DNA of 64,000 bases. Origin: Piromyces finnis finn (lineage: Eukaryota; Fungi; Neocallimastigomycota). The notes under the pieces are model-generated. The model searched no databases and was not told the origin of the DNA. It saw only the letters and a program-made list of their open reading frames with translations. A program made the position numbers and the translations under genes. Numbering within the stretch: the first letter of the stretch is position 1; every line of letters begins with the position of its first letter. Positions 1-18,200 of this stretch are shown here, piece after piece. The stretch spans positions 186,001-250,000 of the forward strand of contig MCFH01000039.1 of the NCBI GenBank assembly GCA_002104945.1. The letters are read 5' to 3'.

Positions 1-3000
1 TATTTTTTTTTTTTTTGATTCTATTAACAGAAATACCGAGGATGAAAATACTTTTACAAATGAAAAAGCTAGATTATTAACAGAATATTTATATCAAATC
101 AAGTTACCATATATTAATAAGCATGATCAAATGAACCTTGTTGGTATTGTTAACATTTTATTATCAGTAAGTTTTTCCAATAACTATATATTTAATTAAA
201 TTCAATTTCAATTCAGGAATATAGACAAGATAAATTAATCCTATAAAAATTATTAAAATATTAATAAAAAAAAATTTAGACTACTGAGCAAAAAACTCAA
301 CTTGATGAAAATGGTATGAGATATTTGATATCTATGAAGCTTTTCACTTACTCTAGAAAGTTTATTTCCCAAAATGCCCAATTAAACTTTAGAGATATAA
401 CATGGGCTTACTATAGTGAATCACAGGTAAACCATAAAATAATAACCTATAAATTTTTTTTTTTAAAAAAAAAAAAGTCTCATCCTATTTATTTACCATT
501 ATGTATTCTAGGATGTTTTAATTAATTTCTGTAAAAATTCATGTGGTGAAAAATTCTTGTGGAAAGATGCAAGAGCTCTAGGTTTAGGTTTCTGGATCAA
601 GAATAATGCTACATTGGTAATTTTATTTATTTCAACCTATCATTATTAATAGTTATTATTTTATCCATTTATGTTTTTTTAACTTTTTTTTTTTCCCCTC
701 TTATAGCGTCGTCAAGTTGAACTTATTGCAAGAAATCAATATATGAATAATGGTGAAAATAATCCATACAATTGTTTCATTCTTTATATGGCCATGAGAA
801 AATTAAAGGTTGTTATAGGTCTTTGGAAGAATGCTGTCTGGCATCCAGAACGTGAAAAGATGTTGAATTTCTTAGATCATGATTTTACTGATTCTAGATG
901 GCAAAAGGCTGCTTTAAAAAATGCTTTTGCTTTATTAAGTAAAAGAAGATTTGGTAAAGTATTAAATACACTCACGAATCCTATTAAAATAATAATAATG
1001 AAAAAAAAAATTTTTTTTTCTTTTAATTTATATAAACCATTATTCAATTTTTTTTTTTATTATTCCTATATATAAATTATCATTCTAATCTTGGTTATTT
1101 TTAATTTATTTTTAATTCAATAGAAAATGCTGTTGGTTTCTTCTTATTAGGTGATAGATTATCCGATGCTGTAAATGTTTGTATAAAACAATTAAATGAT
1201 GTTCAATTAGCTATTACTATTTGTAGATTATATGAAGGTAGGAACAAAACTATTTAGAAATAATATTAATGAATAGTTGATCTAGAATAGAACTATTTAG
1301 AAATAATATTAATGAATAGTTGATCTAGAACAAAATAATATATATATATGCATATTTATTTCTAATATATTATTATGTTTATTCTAATTCTAGGTGATGA
1401 TAGTGAAGTTTTAAGGGATTTATATACAAACTATTTATTACCACAAGCTATTAAGAACAATGATAGATGGCTTGCTAATCACATTTTCTCCTACTTGAAC
1501 GATAAAGAAAACACTTTACAATCTATCTTTGTAAATATTTATTTCCTTTTCTATTTTTTGATTTTTCTTTTTTTTTTTTGTTCAAAAATAAATTTTAAAA
1601 ATGTATATATATACATTATAATTAACAATTCATTTTGATTCGTGTGTATGTATAGGTTCCATTGGATTCTTTCAAAGATAGGATTACTTCCCAATCCTAT
1701 ACTGATTTATCAGGTTTTGAATATTTCCAAGAAACTAAAGCAGAAGATCCAATTTTATTAATTTTATATCAAAATTTAAAGGATAACTATAAAAGTTTAC
1801 GTATGCCAGTTAATGTTACCCCATTCCAGGAAAAGAAACTTATTTTCAAGGCCATTAATTCTTATGAAATTATGGGTTGTCCAATGCTTTCTTTAGATTT
1901 AATTAATAAATATTCTGAAACTTTATTAAAAACAGAAGAAGAAGAAGAAAAGCTTTATCATCCAAAAGAGTAAGTCATTTTAATAAATTTTATTATTAAA
2001 TAAATAAAAGAAAAAAAATTAGTTTATTTTGATTCATTTTAAAAAATGAATTTTTTATTTATTAACAATTGTCTTTTTTTTTTTTTTTAATTTATTATTA
2101 TTATTATTATTTTTTTTTCGTTACTTTTATATTAAATAGAATTTCAAAATCTTTCAGTTTCCTTTCAAAACCATCTACCTCCAAGAATAATCTTGATTCA
2201 TTAAATTCTGGTTTATTAGATTGGGGATCCTTCGGCTATAATACAACTACAACCACAACCACTACATCTACAAATAATTATGATTGGCTTAATCAAACTA
2301 TTAAATCATCACCAAAAATGCATTGGAGTGAAAATAGTACTATTACTTCTATCGATGAAAATGGTCCACTTCGATCAGAAGATAAAAAATCTTCATTGGG
2401 TGATTTCAACTCTTCATTAAATAATAAAAATGTTTATATTGATCAAAGTATTACCTTATTAAAATGGTACCTTGGTTTAAGAGCTATTTGGGTATTTTTT
2501 TTTTTTTTAATACAATAGTAATATATTATATATAATAATAATAATAATTTATCTCAATTTTATTAATTTTTTTTTTATTCTTCATTTTATATACCCTAAT
2601 ATTTAATATATTAATCAAATATATATATTTTCATTTTTTTTTCTATTATAAAAGGATGGATTTAATTCTATAGCTAATGTTTTAGAAAATGAATATGTTC
2701 TTGTTGAAAGTCAAATATTTAAACAATTTATTAAAAAGATGCATAATGGTTTAAAGAAATTATCTAAATTAATCAACATGCCAATAGAAATTATAAATTG
2801 TGTTTTAATATGATATCCTTTTTATATATATATATTTATCTTCTACCATTAGTAGAATTAGAATTATTAAATGTTAATTTTAATCTTGTTAGTTAACTGA
2901 TTTAATGAAACCATTTTTCCTTAATTTTTTTTTTTTTTTTATATATATATATTATTTTTTTCTGGAATATACGGGGTGCAATCAAGATCATTCCACTTTA

Positions 3001-5205
3001 GCCTTTATTGATATTTTCCCAATGAATGGTAAAGCTGTTGATTTCATTGATATTGTTGATAGTATTTTCTATGAAAAGAGTAATACTTTAAATAGATTGT
3101 TATTTAGATTATCCGATGGTAGTGACAATTTCCCAGGTTCTGAAATGAATTATCAATACATTGCCAAGGTTGCCCTTCGTTTCTTAATTACATTAGATCA
3201 TTGGATTAAACAATTACACAAATCAAGTATTAAAAGATTCTCACCAAAGATGATTCAATTTGCTCATTCCACCTACCTTTCATTATTATTAACTACAGTT
3301 CATTTAAGAGATTGGAAAAAGCTATTATTACTTGTTTATAATCTTAAAGGATTTTTAATGGGACTTCAAAATGAAGATCATAGAGCCCTTCATTCCATTA
3401 TAAAGGATATTATTAATAGTGTAGAAGTAGGTGTTTTTTTTTTTTTTCTTTCTGATTTTTCTTTTAAAATTAAAAATATAAAATATTTGATATCCCCTCA
3501 AAAAAAAAAAAAAAAAAAAAAAAAGATGCCATTAACCCACTAAGCAATCCATTTTTTTTTTTAATAAAACAAAAAAAGGTTCAAGTTAATAATGATGGTA
3601 TAGAAGAAAATGATGATTATTTATTATCTGATGAAGAATTAGATGAAGATTTAAGGAAAAACACCAAAAAGAAGGATTATTCTGTAAAGGAAAGAAGAGA
3701 AAATACTGTATTATTATTAGAAGTAGTAACTTATTATTATGTTATTTCATCATTAGAAAAGTATTTAGAAGATTTAGAAGAAATGAATTCTGGTAGGGAA
3801 TAATTTGGAAATTTTTTATTTTTTTATTTTCTGATTATTATATTTTAATTTTAAAAAACAAAAGAAATTAATAATAATAATATTATTTATATATATATAT
3901 TCATCATCATTATCATTAATATGCTTATACAAATGTTTTTTTTTTTTTTTTTATAGATGAAATAAGTAATTATTTCTATGACTTTTTACTTAAACCTCTT
4001 TCTCATATGACCTATGAATACGAATCTAGTGTAAAGGAAAAGTTAAAGGATTGTCACAAATACAAAGGTAAAAAAAAAAAAAAGTAATTAAAATACAAAG
4101 ATTAAATAATAAATATATATATTTTGATTTTATTTTTATTATTTAATAGATAAATTAAAGTCCTATATGACGAATAGAAATGAAAAGAAATATTATGAAT
4201 TATTAAAAAATTTAACAGAAGTCGATTTAATTATTAATCATTTATCTTCCAAAAAGGTAATTATAATACTGTTATAATTAATAGAATGAACATTGCCTAT
4301 AGTTATTAAATAAATCATTTTATTATATAAAAGAAGCATGATAAAGATAATGAAGAAGATTCTGATAATACCAACGAATTAATTCTTAAATTGAATGAAC
4401 CAATACTATCATTTACTATCAATCCAGTAATTATTTTTTATATTTATTTTTTTTTTTATAAATTGAAATTAAAAAATACATATATATATGATATGAACAC
4501 TCTTTTAAAACTATATTTTTATTAAAAATAGATTGATACTAAATGTGTTGCTGTAGCTACTTCTAAGGCTATCTATGAACTTGATATTGAAAATGCTTGT
4601 TCATACTATGAAGTAAATAATTTATATCAATTTTTTTTTTTTTTTCTCCTTTTTGAATATAAATCGTAATAAAATATATTGAAATTAAACGAATTATTAA
4701 TAATATTTATAATACTATTATTATTAATTTTTAAATAAAGCAAAAAAATAGTGGAACAATAAGTAACAGTAGTTCTATTACTAATCATCGTAATATATCC
4801 ATTAAGAGTTTTGATATATTAAATAATCTTGAAATAAAGAAAGCCTCCCAAAATTATAATGATGAAAACGCAAGTCAAATTAATTCAACAGAAAGTCAAT
4901 ATTCATTAAATAGTACTCCAAGTTCACCAAAATCCTCAATATCAATGGGTAGAAATCTTAGCTATGATTCTATTCAACGTGCCTTTAAACGTTCCCTTTC
5001 TGGAAATATTAGAAGTAAATACAGAAAAAATAAAATATAGATTTAACCATTTTTTTTATTAATAATTATTTAAATGTTTAAATTTTATATATATATATAT
5101 ATGTACTTTTTTAAATATAGATTCAACATTACCTTCTGATCTTGATTATATAATCGTAATTTTTTTTTTTTTTTATTATAAAAAATTAACGACAATAACA
5201 AAAAG

Positions 5206-5263
<58 letters not shown>

Positions 5264-6690
5264 TTTTTTAATATATTAAAAAAAAAATTTTTTTTAAATA
5301 GAATTTAAAAAGACAAGCTCTTCATGTTACCTGCCTTTCCTCACATCCAACCAATAATTATTGTAAATTGTTCATTTATTTATTTTAAAAATAATAATAA
5401 TTATAAATTACTCTGTAAATTCAATATTCCTCTTTTTTTTTTCCTTTAAATTTAACTTTTATATTTTATTTTTATCATAATATATATGTAATCTTATAGA
5501 CATTGCATCCATTAATGATACTCAATATTCAAAATCATCTATTGTAGTATTCCAATTTGGTCACCCAGATCCAATTATGATTTATACCACTAATGATACC
5601 TCAAAAATACTAAAATGTAGTTTTGATTCTTATGGCCAAAAATTTGGTGCATGTACTGGAAATGGTGATCTTTATTTATGGAACTTTGATAATGCTCAAA
5701 CATCATCAGACCCTATTCAAATTATTACTAATAATCATACGCCAATTAATGATTTCCGTTTCTTATCATCAAGTAGTTTAATTGCAACCGCTTTAACTTC
5801 ATCGAATAATGAGTAATTTTGAACCCTACAATTTTATTATTTTTTTTATTGATATAAAAATAAATCAAAGTATGATATAATTTGAAATTAATATTTAAAA
5901 TTTATATGTATATATATGCCTATAAAAAAAATTTTTTTTTTTTATATCTAGTAATGTTTGTATATATGACACATTATTGCCACAACAATCTCAAAGAGTT
6001 AAAGCTTTTGCATTATCTGAAGAGAATGCTATTTCTATGGCATATTCTGGACAATATAAGATGTTAATTGTTGGTAGTAAACGTGGTGATATTTGTAAGT
6101 ATTTTTTTTTTTTTTTGTTAAATTTTAGGAAAAATTAATTTTTTTTTTTTTTTTTTTTTTTGAATAATAAACATAATAGTAAACATAATGATATATTTTA
6201 TTAATTTATATATATATGTGTATTTTTTCATCTTATTAGATGTATTTGATATAAAGAACATGACTTGTTTAAATACCTTCCAAGCACACAACTTATCTAT
6301 TAAATCATTAACTATTGATGAAGTCAATGACAATCTTATATCAAGTTCTGCTGAAGGTGATATAAAAATGTGGTCATTGAAGGACTTTACTCAAGTAAAT
6401 GCTTGGGCAAAGGTTCATACTAAGAAAGCTTCAAAGAATCATTCTGAAAAGTCTTCCAGTAGTAAGGTAACTCTAAAACCTATATTTAGATAAATTATAA
6501 ATATATAAAATTATGTTATAAATGTCAGTTTTTTTTTTTTTTTTTACTAATTTTAAATACCTATAAAAAAAAAATCCTGTTTTAATTTTAATAGATGAGT
6601 TCAATAGGTGTAAATGATTTAGTCGTTAAAGATGAATATATATATTCATGTGGTGCTGATGGAACATTAAGACGTACACATCGAAAATAA
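1..6690 (+). CDS. RAV1: RAVE complex subunit Rav1 / DmX-like (rabconnectin-3 alpha) WD40 protein, multi-exon, 5' end outside window
   Basis: Exons give WQKAALKNAFALLSKRRF and FFLLGDRLSDAVNVCIKQLNDVQLAITICRLYEG (Rav1p_C signature), followed by C-terminal WD40 repeats (GDLYLWNFD, EGDIKMWSL, YSCGADGTLR). Stop TAA ends at 6690. Confidence 0.9.
1248..1330. repeat. Direct tandem duplication (40-bp unit, period 43) in a RAV1 intron
   Basis: aactatttagaaataatattaatgaatagttgatctagaa occurs twice, starting at 1248 and 1291. Confidence 0.9.
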
Positions 6691-7751
6691 GAAAGAAAGA
6701 AAAGAAAAAAAAAAAAAAAAAAAAAAAAAAAAGAAAAATTATAATCGAAAAATTTTATATATATAATTCTATTTTACGGTTAAATCAAAATAATCATAAT
6801 ACATAATAATATTTTTTATTTTATTTGAAAGAAACAAACTCTAAATTAAAAATGATTCAATATAAAATAACAAGAAATTATTATTAACAGGAATTTTACG
6901 AAACAATAAATAATTAATCATAAAAAGGAAAAAAAAAAAAAAAAAAACTTTAGGAAAACAAAAAGATATATATATATATAAATATAATATATATTATAAG
7001 TAGTTAGTTATTTGGAATATAAAATAGAACGATAAACTCAAAATAAAATACGAAATCCAAAAATCCATATATATATATATATAAAAGGAAAAAGGAAGAA
7101 AAAAGAAAAAACAATATATATTTATTATAATATATATTTAATTTTTCTAATTATTATTTATCTTTATATCCTATTTAAAAGATATATACTTTTTTTTTTT
7201 TTTTTTCATTTTCTTTATTTTCTTTTTTTTTCATTCTATATATATCATTATTTTTTTTTTTTTTATATTTTATATAAGCATTACACTATAAAACTTTTTT
7301 TTTTTTTCTTTTTTTTATAATATTTATTTCGTCATATATATCAAACCACGTCTTTTTTTTTTTAAAAAAAAAAAAGAAAAGAAAAAAAAAAAAAAACAAT
7401 GCTATAAAAAAAAAAAAAAGAAAGAAAAAAAATATCAAACCATCCTAATAAATAGTTTTAATAATAATAATGATTAAAAAAAAAAAAAAACTTTTAATTT
7501 AAAATAGCAATTACAATTAAATAAATAAAAAATAAAGTAATAATAATAAATATAATTTGCCTTGATTTTTATTTACTTGAATAATAAAAACACTTTTTTT
7601 TTTTTATTTTTTATTTATTTACACCTTGAATATTTTATATATTTATATATATATTTTTTGATATTATAGTTTGTTTAAAAAAAAAAAAAATAAATAACAA
7701 TAAAACAGCAATAATAATAAATATTAGCAGCAACAACAATAACAACAACAC

Positions 7752-7791
<40 letters not shown>

Positions 7792-8349
7792 CAAAAAAAA
7801 AAAATAAAAAATAAAAAAATAATAAAAAAAAAAGAAAATTAAAACAATCCTAAAAAAAAAAAAAAAATAAAAAAACTTTTTTTTTAACTATATTTCAATC
7901 AACTTCCTCTTTCCTTATTTTTGATTTCCTTTATTTTATACTTATTTATTTTTTAAAAAAAAAAAAGATAAATATAATCTTTAATAAAATTTACAAAAAA
8001 AAAAATATAATTGAAAACTTTTTTTCAAATTTTATTATACCTATTCTATTTTATGTTTAAAAGAAATGAATAAATATATATCACTTTTTTTTTTTTTTTT
8101 TTTTTTTTACTGTTTTCTTTCTTTTCTTTTTTTTTTTATAATGATACATATAGATATGTTTATCTATTTTCTATACTTTATGCTTTTTATTATTATTATT
8201 TATTATTATTTAAATTATTTTACATTAGTATTAAATGAAAAATTATTATAATTTAATTTTTAAATGTTTTATTATAATATTTTTAGTTACTATTTTTTTC
8301 TTTATTCCTTTATTTTTTTATTTCATAGTTTATAAAGATAGAGGATTTC

Positions 8350-8371
<22 letters not shown>

Positions 8372-8380
<9 letters not shown>

Positions 8381-10773
8381 TGAATCAAAATTTAAATTAT
8401 TCATATTATTAGTATTATTTGTGTTATTATTATTTGTATTGGTGGTGGTGGTGGTAGCAAAGGATCCCATCATATTAGTTGTAGTAGTTTTATTCTTATT
8501 ATTTCCAGAAATAGTTAAAGAATCAAATGAAACTAAATCACTGAATAAATCATTATTCTTTCCTTTTGATGATGAAGTAGTTGTTGTATTGGTATTATTA
8601 TTGTTTGGTTTAACAGGTTGCATTGTTGGCATAGTTTGCATAGTTTGCATTGGTTTCATGGTTGAAGAAGTATTGAATAAATTATTCATATTATTAGTTG
8701 GTGGTGGTTGAATGGTAGTAGATGGAGTAGAAGTTGCTGGCGCAGGACTTGACATAAATAATGAAAACAAATCATCATTGGCTTTATTTGTATTTGATGA
8801 TGCAGCGGTAGCAGTTATAGTACTGTTACTATTTGTATTTGGTGTACTTTGAAATGATTGAAAATCAGCAAAATCATCCATAGCATTATTATTACTGGTG
8901 GTATTGTCTATTGAAGGAATAAAACATGGATACAAATTATAAAAATAAAATATTATCATTATTGTTATCATCATATTCAAAATGATAGGTAATTAATAAA
9001 AAATGAGGGTTTTTTTTTTTATTTTAAAAAAAAAATATTATAATAAAATATTAATAAATTAATATATCTTTTAAATTATATTTATATAGGTAAATATATA
9101 TATATAGATGAAAAATAAAAATTATAATTACTGTCAAAGGATTGGAAATCTGCCCATTCATCATCATTATTAGATGTATTATTATTAGCATTATTGGTAG
9201 ATGAAGATGCTGGTTCATCGAAACCGAAATCTAACAAGTTAGTTTCTTTAATGGCAGGAGTAGTGGAAGAAGATTCCTTCTTTGTAGTAGATGAAGATGA
9301 ATTAGTTGCTTGTTGTTTAGCTCTATAAGCTGCTTCATGAGCTTCTTCTTCATTTTTACTAATTTCTTTAACTGGTTAAAATTTATGAAGAAAATCGTAA
9401 TTTATTCATGTATTTAAATTTAAAAAAAAAAAAAAAAAAACAATATATTTAGATATTGTTTTAAATATAAAAAATTAGTCTATAGTAATAAACGGTATAT
9501 TAAAAGTAATGTAAATTTTTTTTATATATAGTTTGATAACTACAGTTACTACTGAAACTAGTTTTTGTTGTACCAGATCCAAAACCACTAGATGAACCAA
9601 AACCTTGATAACGAGCTTTTTCAGAGGATACACCCTTGTATTTATTTCTATTTTCTTTAGCTCTAGCCCTTTCTTCTTCAATTTTATCCTTGTTCTTTAA
9701 TAAATCATAAATTTCTTTGGCACGAGCTCTTACTATTTTATTTTTATTATTAATAATATTATTTTTTTTAATAGGTTCAATAGGTTCAATTGGTAAAATT
9801 TTAAAAGATTAATATGCTATTTTTTTTTTTTTTTTTTTGGAAAGATTTATTAAATTTTTTATAAATCTTATTTGATATTATACCATTGATTCCTTGATCT
9901 TTTCCATTTGGATCAACATATATAAACTTTTGTAAAGCTCTAATAACATAAATATTTTCATGACAACTTTTAACAACTTTTTCTGAACCATTTTTAATTA
10001 AATATTCCAAAAGTTGAAGAGCCTATATAATTTATGCAATACCATTGTAAATATATTATGAAATATAGTAATAATTATTATAATATAAATAGGTTTCATT
10101 ATTTCTTTTACTACTCCAATTATATTTACTTTGTAACATTGTCTCCATTTGTCATCAGTACATTCGGTTAATCTTTTTAATATTTTTGGAGAATATCAAA
10201 TAATAATAATAATAATAATAAAAAGGTATTAATATATAAATAAAAATGTTATGACTTTAAATTTCTTTGAAATTTCTTTAAATTTTATTGAACCTTGTGT
10301 AAATAGTATTCATAATATCGTTGAAAGAATCAATTTGATATGTTCCTCGAGCAATTTCTTTCATTAAAGTTGAAGAAGCACCCCCTTTACCGAAAAATTA
10401 TATAATGTCATATTTAAAATTATTTTATTTATTTATTTTATTGTATTGAATTTCATTGTATTATATTGCATTTGTTTTTGTAAAAATTAACTTACATGGT
10501 TCATTATTAGTAGCTATTTAAAATAATAATAATAATAATAATAATAATAATTAATAAACAAAGAAGAATATAAATAAAAATATTAAAAGTATTAATTATA
10601 AAATGTATTTGATGTATAATAATTATAGGTGTTTCTTTCTTTTTTTTTTAAAAAAAAAAAAAATTACCATCTCTAACTTTAATTTCCCATTCACTATAGT
10701 TCATAACAACGTTTTTTACTTTGTTAAGTATACCTACAGCATCCCAGTAGGTCATATTTTTAAATGAATCCAT
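8372..10773 (-). CDS. ENT3: ENTH-domain epsin-related adaptor (Ent3/EpsinR-like), multi-exon
   Basis: Spliced MDSFKNMTYWDAVGILNKVKNVVMNYSEWEIKVRDATNNEPWGASSTLMKEIARGT...WRQCYKALQLLEYLIKNGSE...VRARAKEI (ENTH). The tail carries gamma-ear-type DFADF/WADF motifs and LLDFGF. Confidence 0.85.
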
Positions 10774-12126
10774 TTTGGTTTAAACTTTTTAGTGGGTAAT
10801 TTGTTTAAAATGAATAGTAAGTACCATAAATAATAATTGTTTTAATATCGTTTATTTCTATGTATTTATACATACAAAATTGAATTTTTACCTTTTTTTT
10901 TTTTATCCATGGAGAGAGGCAGCAGAGGTTTGATTATTTCAATGGTAATTTAATAGAGTAAAAATAGTTTTTAGAATTTTTTTTTTTTTTTTGGAAATAA
11001 TAAAAAATATATCTAAAAAACATTAATAAACCCTTACCAAAGGTGCCTTTTTCCTTTTTTTAAAAACGTTTCTTTATTAGAAGTTGCGATGAAGACTTTT
11101 CTTCCTTTTGAGATAAATATGAAAAGAAAAATGTTCTTTTTTTTTTTTTTTCTTTCTCTTTTATTAAGAAATAAAATTTATGAATGAAATATTAAAAATT
11201 AAATTAATAAATTAAATTTACATATATTATGAATGTAATAATAATATATACAATTAAATATAAATAATATTTAATCTATAAAAATAGATTCAACACTTCT
11301 ATTAAAAAAATAATTAAAACGCGTTTAATTCAAAATTTAAAATAATTATAAAAATATATAAATGGTGGGTGTGAATGAAGAAAACTTCCTATTTAAAAAA
11401 TGTTAAATATAATTGCTTCATGTAGATGAAAAGAAAGAAATTTAAAAAGTAATAAAAATGGAATAGAATGATCATTGAAAAAGTAAAAAAAAAAAAAAAA
11501 AAGATTCTATATTGGAAAAATTAATGGATCATTTATATAAAATTGAATTTCTTTATTTGTAAAAATGATCAAAACATATGATTATTACATGATTATCACA
11601 ATATAAACATAAATATATGCTTTATTTCCATTATTAAATTAAAATTTATACATAAATTTTAAAATTAAAAATAAAATAAAAATTTGAAATTAAAAATTAA
11701 TCCGAGTAAAAATCTATAAAAATTCATCAAAAAGGACCGTTTTTTTTTTTTTTCCTTAATATTTTGTATAAAGAGAAAATAAAAAGAATAAAGAAGAAGC
11801 AAGAAATAAGAAAGCTAAAAATAAAAGTTTTAATTAAAAAATTTTAAATGAAATAAATCATCATCAAGAAATATTATCGGAAAAGATTGTAAAAAATTTG
11901 AATATTGAATTGAATTGAATTTTTAAAGTATGTGTGCCTACTTCAATTGAAGTACAAACAATAACAGTAAAAGCAACAAAAGCAACACCAAAGAATAATA
12001 ATAATAAATAAAAGATTAATTTAATTTTTTTTTTATAATTATTGAAAAAAAAAAGGAAAAGGAAAATAATATTTCATAGATAATTATTATTATTATCAAA
12101 TATTTTTTTAAAAATATAATATCAAT

Positions 12127-14490
<2,364 letters not shown>

Positions 14491-14924
14491 TCCCATATTT
14501 AAAAAAAAAAAAAAGGATAATCCTTACTTTATAAACAAAAATTCATGATATTAAATTCTGGTTAAAATTAATATTTTGAATAAACCTACTCTATCTTTTT
14601 TTTCTTTTCTTTTTGTAAATTATAAACATTTTTAAATATATCGATTATTTTTCATATTAATAGTTTTATCATATCCTTCATTAATTGTAGTATAGGTCAT
14701 TCACTTTTTTTTATCATGCATTTTAAAAAATCATTAATTAAAAATATTTAAAAAAGTCATGCATAGTCAAAAAAAAAAAAAAAAAATTTAAAAAATAAAA
14801 ATAAAAATGAAAAATAAATTATTATATTATCATTTTGATATCTTTTTTTTTTTTTTTATTATTATTATTAATGTTAATATTTAAATATTTTTTTTTAAAA
14901 GGTATATATATTATATGACAAGGT

Positions 14925-15260
14925 TTAAACGTTAATTAAAGTATAAAAATCATTTGGTTTTAATATTCCATTTTCAGCATCTATATTTATAGAAATATAA
15001 ATAGATAGATAGATACATTATTTATAAAGATGATATAATTAAATTCAATAATTAATTAAATATATAAAAATATAAAAACTTACGTTGACAATGTTCTGTA
15101 ATAATATTTTTCCATATAACACTGAATTTTATTAAATTTGTTTTATTCCCCACCAGAACAAGATGACTAAAGAGAGTGTATTATATTAATAACATAGATA
15201 TAATTATTTATTCATTAATGTAAACATATAAACCATTATATTTATTTTATATCAATTATG

Positions 15261-15291
<31 letters not shown>

Positions 15292-18200
15292 TAGATATAA
15301 ATATGAATAAACTTACTTTTTTGCACGTGTAATGGCAACGTTAACACGACGATCAGAATCAATAAATTCAGAGGAATTACTTTTAACAATCGATAAGAAA
15401 ATAATTGATTTTTCTGCACCTTGAAAAGCATCCACTGTAGATACCTGAATCATTTTAATTTTATCTATAGGATTTGAACCAAGACGGTTCTTTTCATTCA
15501 TATAGGTGAGTTATAAAATGTGTCATTATTATCTATTTTCAAAGATTGTAATAATAGTGGTATAAATGAAAAAAAAAAAAAAAGATCATTCATTAAAATT
15601 ACCTTTATTAAATCAGCTTGTCCTTTATCTATAATTTTATTGTCATTATAAAGGATAGTCAATTTTAAATTAATAAATGATATTTTAATAAAAAAAATAA
15701 TTATATTAAAAAAAAAAAAAAATTTTACATAATGATATGACACCAATATCTTCTCCATTTATACCATTTTCCACTAATTTTTCAATAGATTTTACAATAA
15801 AATCAGCTTCAGAAGGATTTATAAAACTTGAAAATTGTGATTTCCCCATACTATTGATATCAACAAAACATAATATTGGGAATTTTTCACATAATTCTTC
15901 TGGTAATTCCGATTTTCTACCATTGATTAGTTTATTTTCATAAAATAGACAATTACTTTTTTTTTTTTTTTTAAAATACATAATTATATATATATATTTT
16001 AATTCCATTAATATATTTAAAATTAAAAATAAGGTATTTATTAAAATTAGAACATTAAAAAAATTTAAAGAAAAATAAAAAAAAAAAAAAAAACTCTTTA
16101 CCTTATATTAGATATTGTTGGATGACACTATAGATTATTGTTTTATTTTAATTTGATTTTATTATAAACAAAAAAAAAAAAAAAAAAAAAAAAATTGAAA
16201 TATTTAATTTTTTTTATCTTTTATTATTAATTTGGATAAATAATTTATTAAAAAAAATATAGATAGATAGATAGATAGATAGATTTTAATAATTACTCTA
16301 TATTGGGTTCTTAAAAGAATAGGATGACATTGACAAAGTGCCAATCTTTCAAAAAGAGTTCTATCCAAACCTTTATTCACTGGATCTTTATCATAGGCTG
16401 AATTTGTAGTGATAGTTGGAGATAATTGTTTTGGATCACCTACTAATAATAACTTTTCACTTTGAAATCGACAAATAGGCATTAATGAAAGTGGTTCAAT
16501 AAATTGAGAACATTCATCCAATATTACAATAGGTACTTTAGTATTATCTAATATTTCAAAAGAAGAAGCGATACAAGTAGTTGCAATCAAAAAAGATTGA
16601 TGAATATTATTTCGATTTTCATTTTTTTTAAATTTTTTAATTGTTTCTTGAATATATTTAACTTCTTTTGGGGAAAGATCATCACATTTTAATAAACTAT
16701 TTAATTCTTCAATATCTTTTTTTTTTTTTTAAAAAAAAAGAATTATTATTTTAATGAAAGAAAGAAAGAAAAAAAAAAAAAACATTTTTATTTTAATTAT
16801 CAATATTATTAAATTATAATATTTAATAATTAAACAATAAATTTTTATTATTTTCTATGGATTCCTATCCAATATACATTTTGTATATTAATCATAATAC
16901 TACCTACCTTCATTTCCTTTACTAATTTGGGCAGCATAGGGTAATAGAGGTCTTGCAATTTTTTTCAAACTTTTAAAATGTTTACGAATAAAAAAAAGAT
17001 TAATAATATAGAATAAGAAAAAAAAAAAAAGTATTTATTATTCTATTATTATAATTACCTTCCAACACGAACAAAATTTTTAAAATCAAATTTTTCCATT
17101 AAATACTATAATAGATTATATATGAATAGAAATATTAACACAATTATATAGATATAAAAAGGAATAAAAGCATGAATATATACTTTACCAACAAAATTCT
17201 ATCAACAGCAACTAATAAATTTTTAAATTTATAAAAATTTTTTTTCAAGAAAAAATTATTATATATGATAAATATTTATGTTTATCTTGTTTAAGATATA
17301 TTATTTTCCTTACCATTTGTCATTGACGATATTAATATTTTAAAATTGGTTTTTAGATTTATAAATCCAGAAATGTAGGATCGATAGAGGAAGAAAATTA
17401 TGATACTAATTAATAAACTATTTAATGATTAAATAATATTATAATAATGATAAAATATTAATAGAGTTATATATATATATATATATATTTATTTTTTCAT
17501 TAATCCTAATATCTTAAAAAAAAAAAAAAAAAAAAAAACCTTTTTCCTGCACCAAAAACACCATGAACTAATGTGATAGGACTTTTCGATGATGTTTTTA
17601 AACTTTCAACAAATGTTCTTAATACTGTTTCTTGGTCTTCATTCAATTTATATTGAATAACAATATCATTTAAGAAATCATCTAGTTCCGGTATTTTTTT
17701 TTCATTAATTAAAGAAACCATGGACGGTGAATTAAATCGACTTTTATCATTTTTTTTCTTCATAGTATTACTATAATTTAATAAATATGGCAAAACAGAT
17801 GATTTTGTTAAATTGGTTCGTAAATTACTTAATATGATTTCCTAATTATTTATAATTAAATATTAATAATAATAATAATAATAAAAAGGCATTTGTAAAT
17901 TTAGTAAAGAAAAAAAAAAGATTGAAATTATATATATATTATAATAGGATTATTAAAAATTGTTTTTTTTTTATTACTTCTGTATTGATATTAATGGTTC
18001 GAATGGCACAAACGTGAAATATTGGTTTTTTACTTAAAGTTAGATATTTTGAAACTTCAATATCCGTTTTACTTATTGGTTCAACCTTTTCCAAAATAAG
18101 CATTCAAAATAAAATAGAGTATAATAATACATTTCAATAGGTATTAGATAAATTATTAAAGGTATAATGAATAAGTGAATAAAAAAAAAAAAGATAAAAT

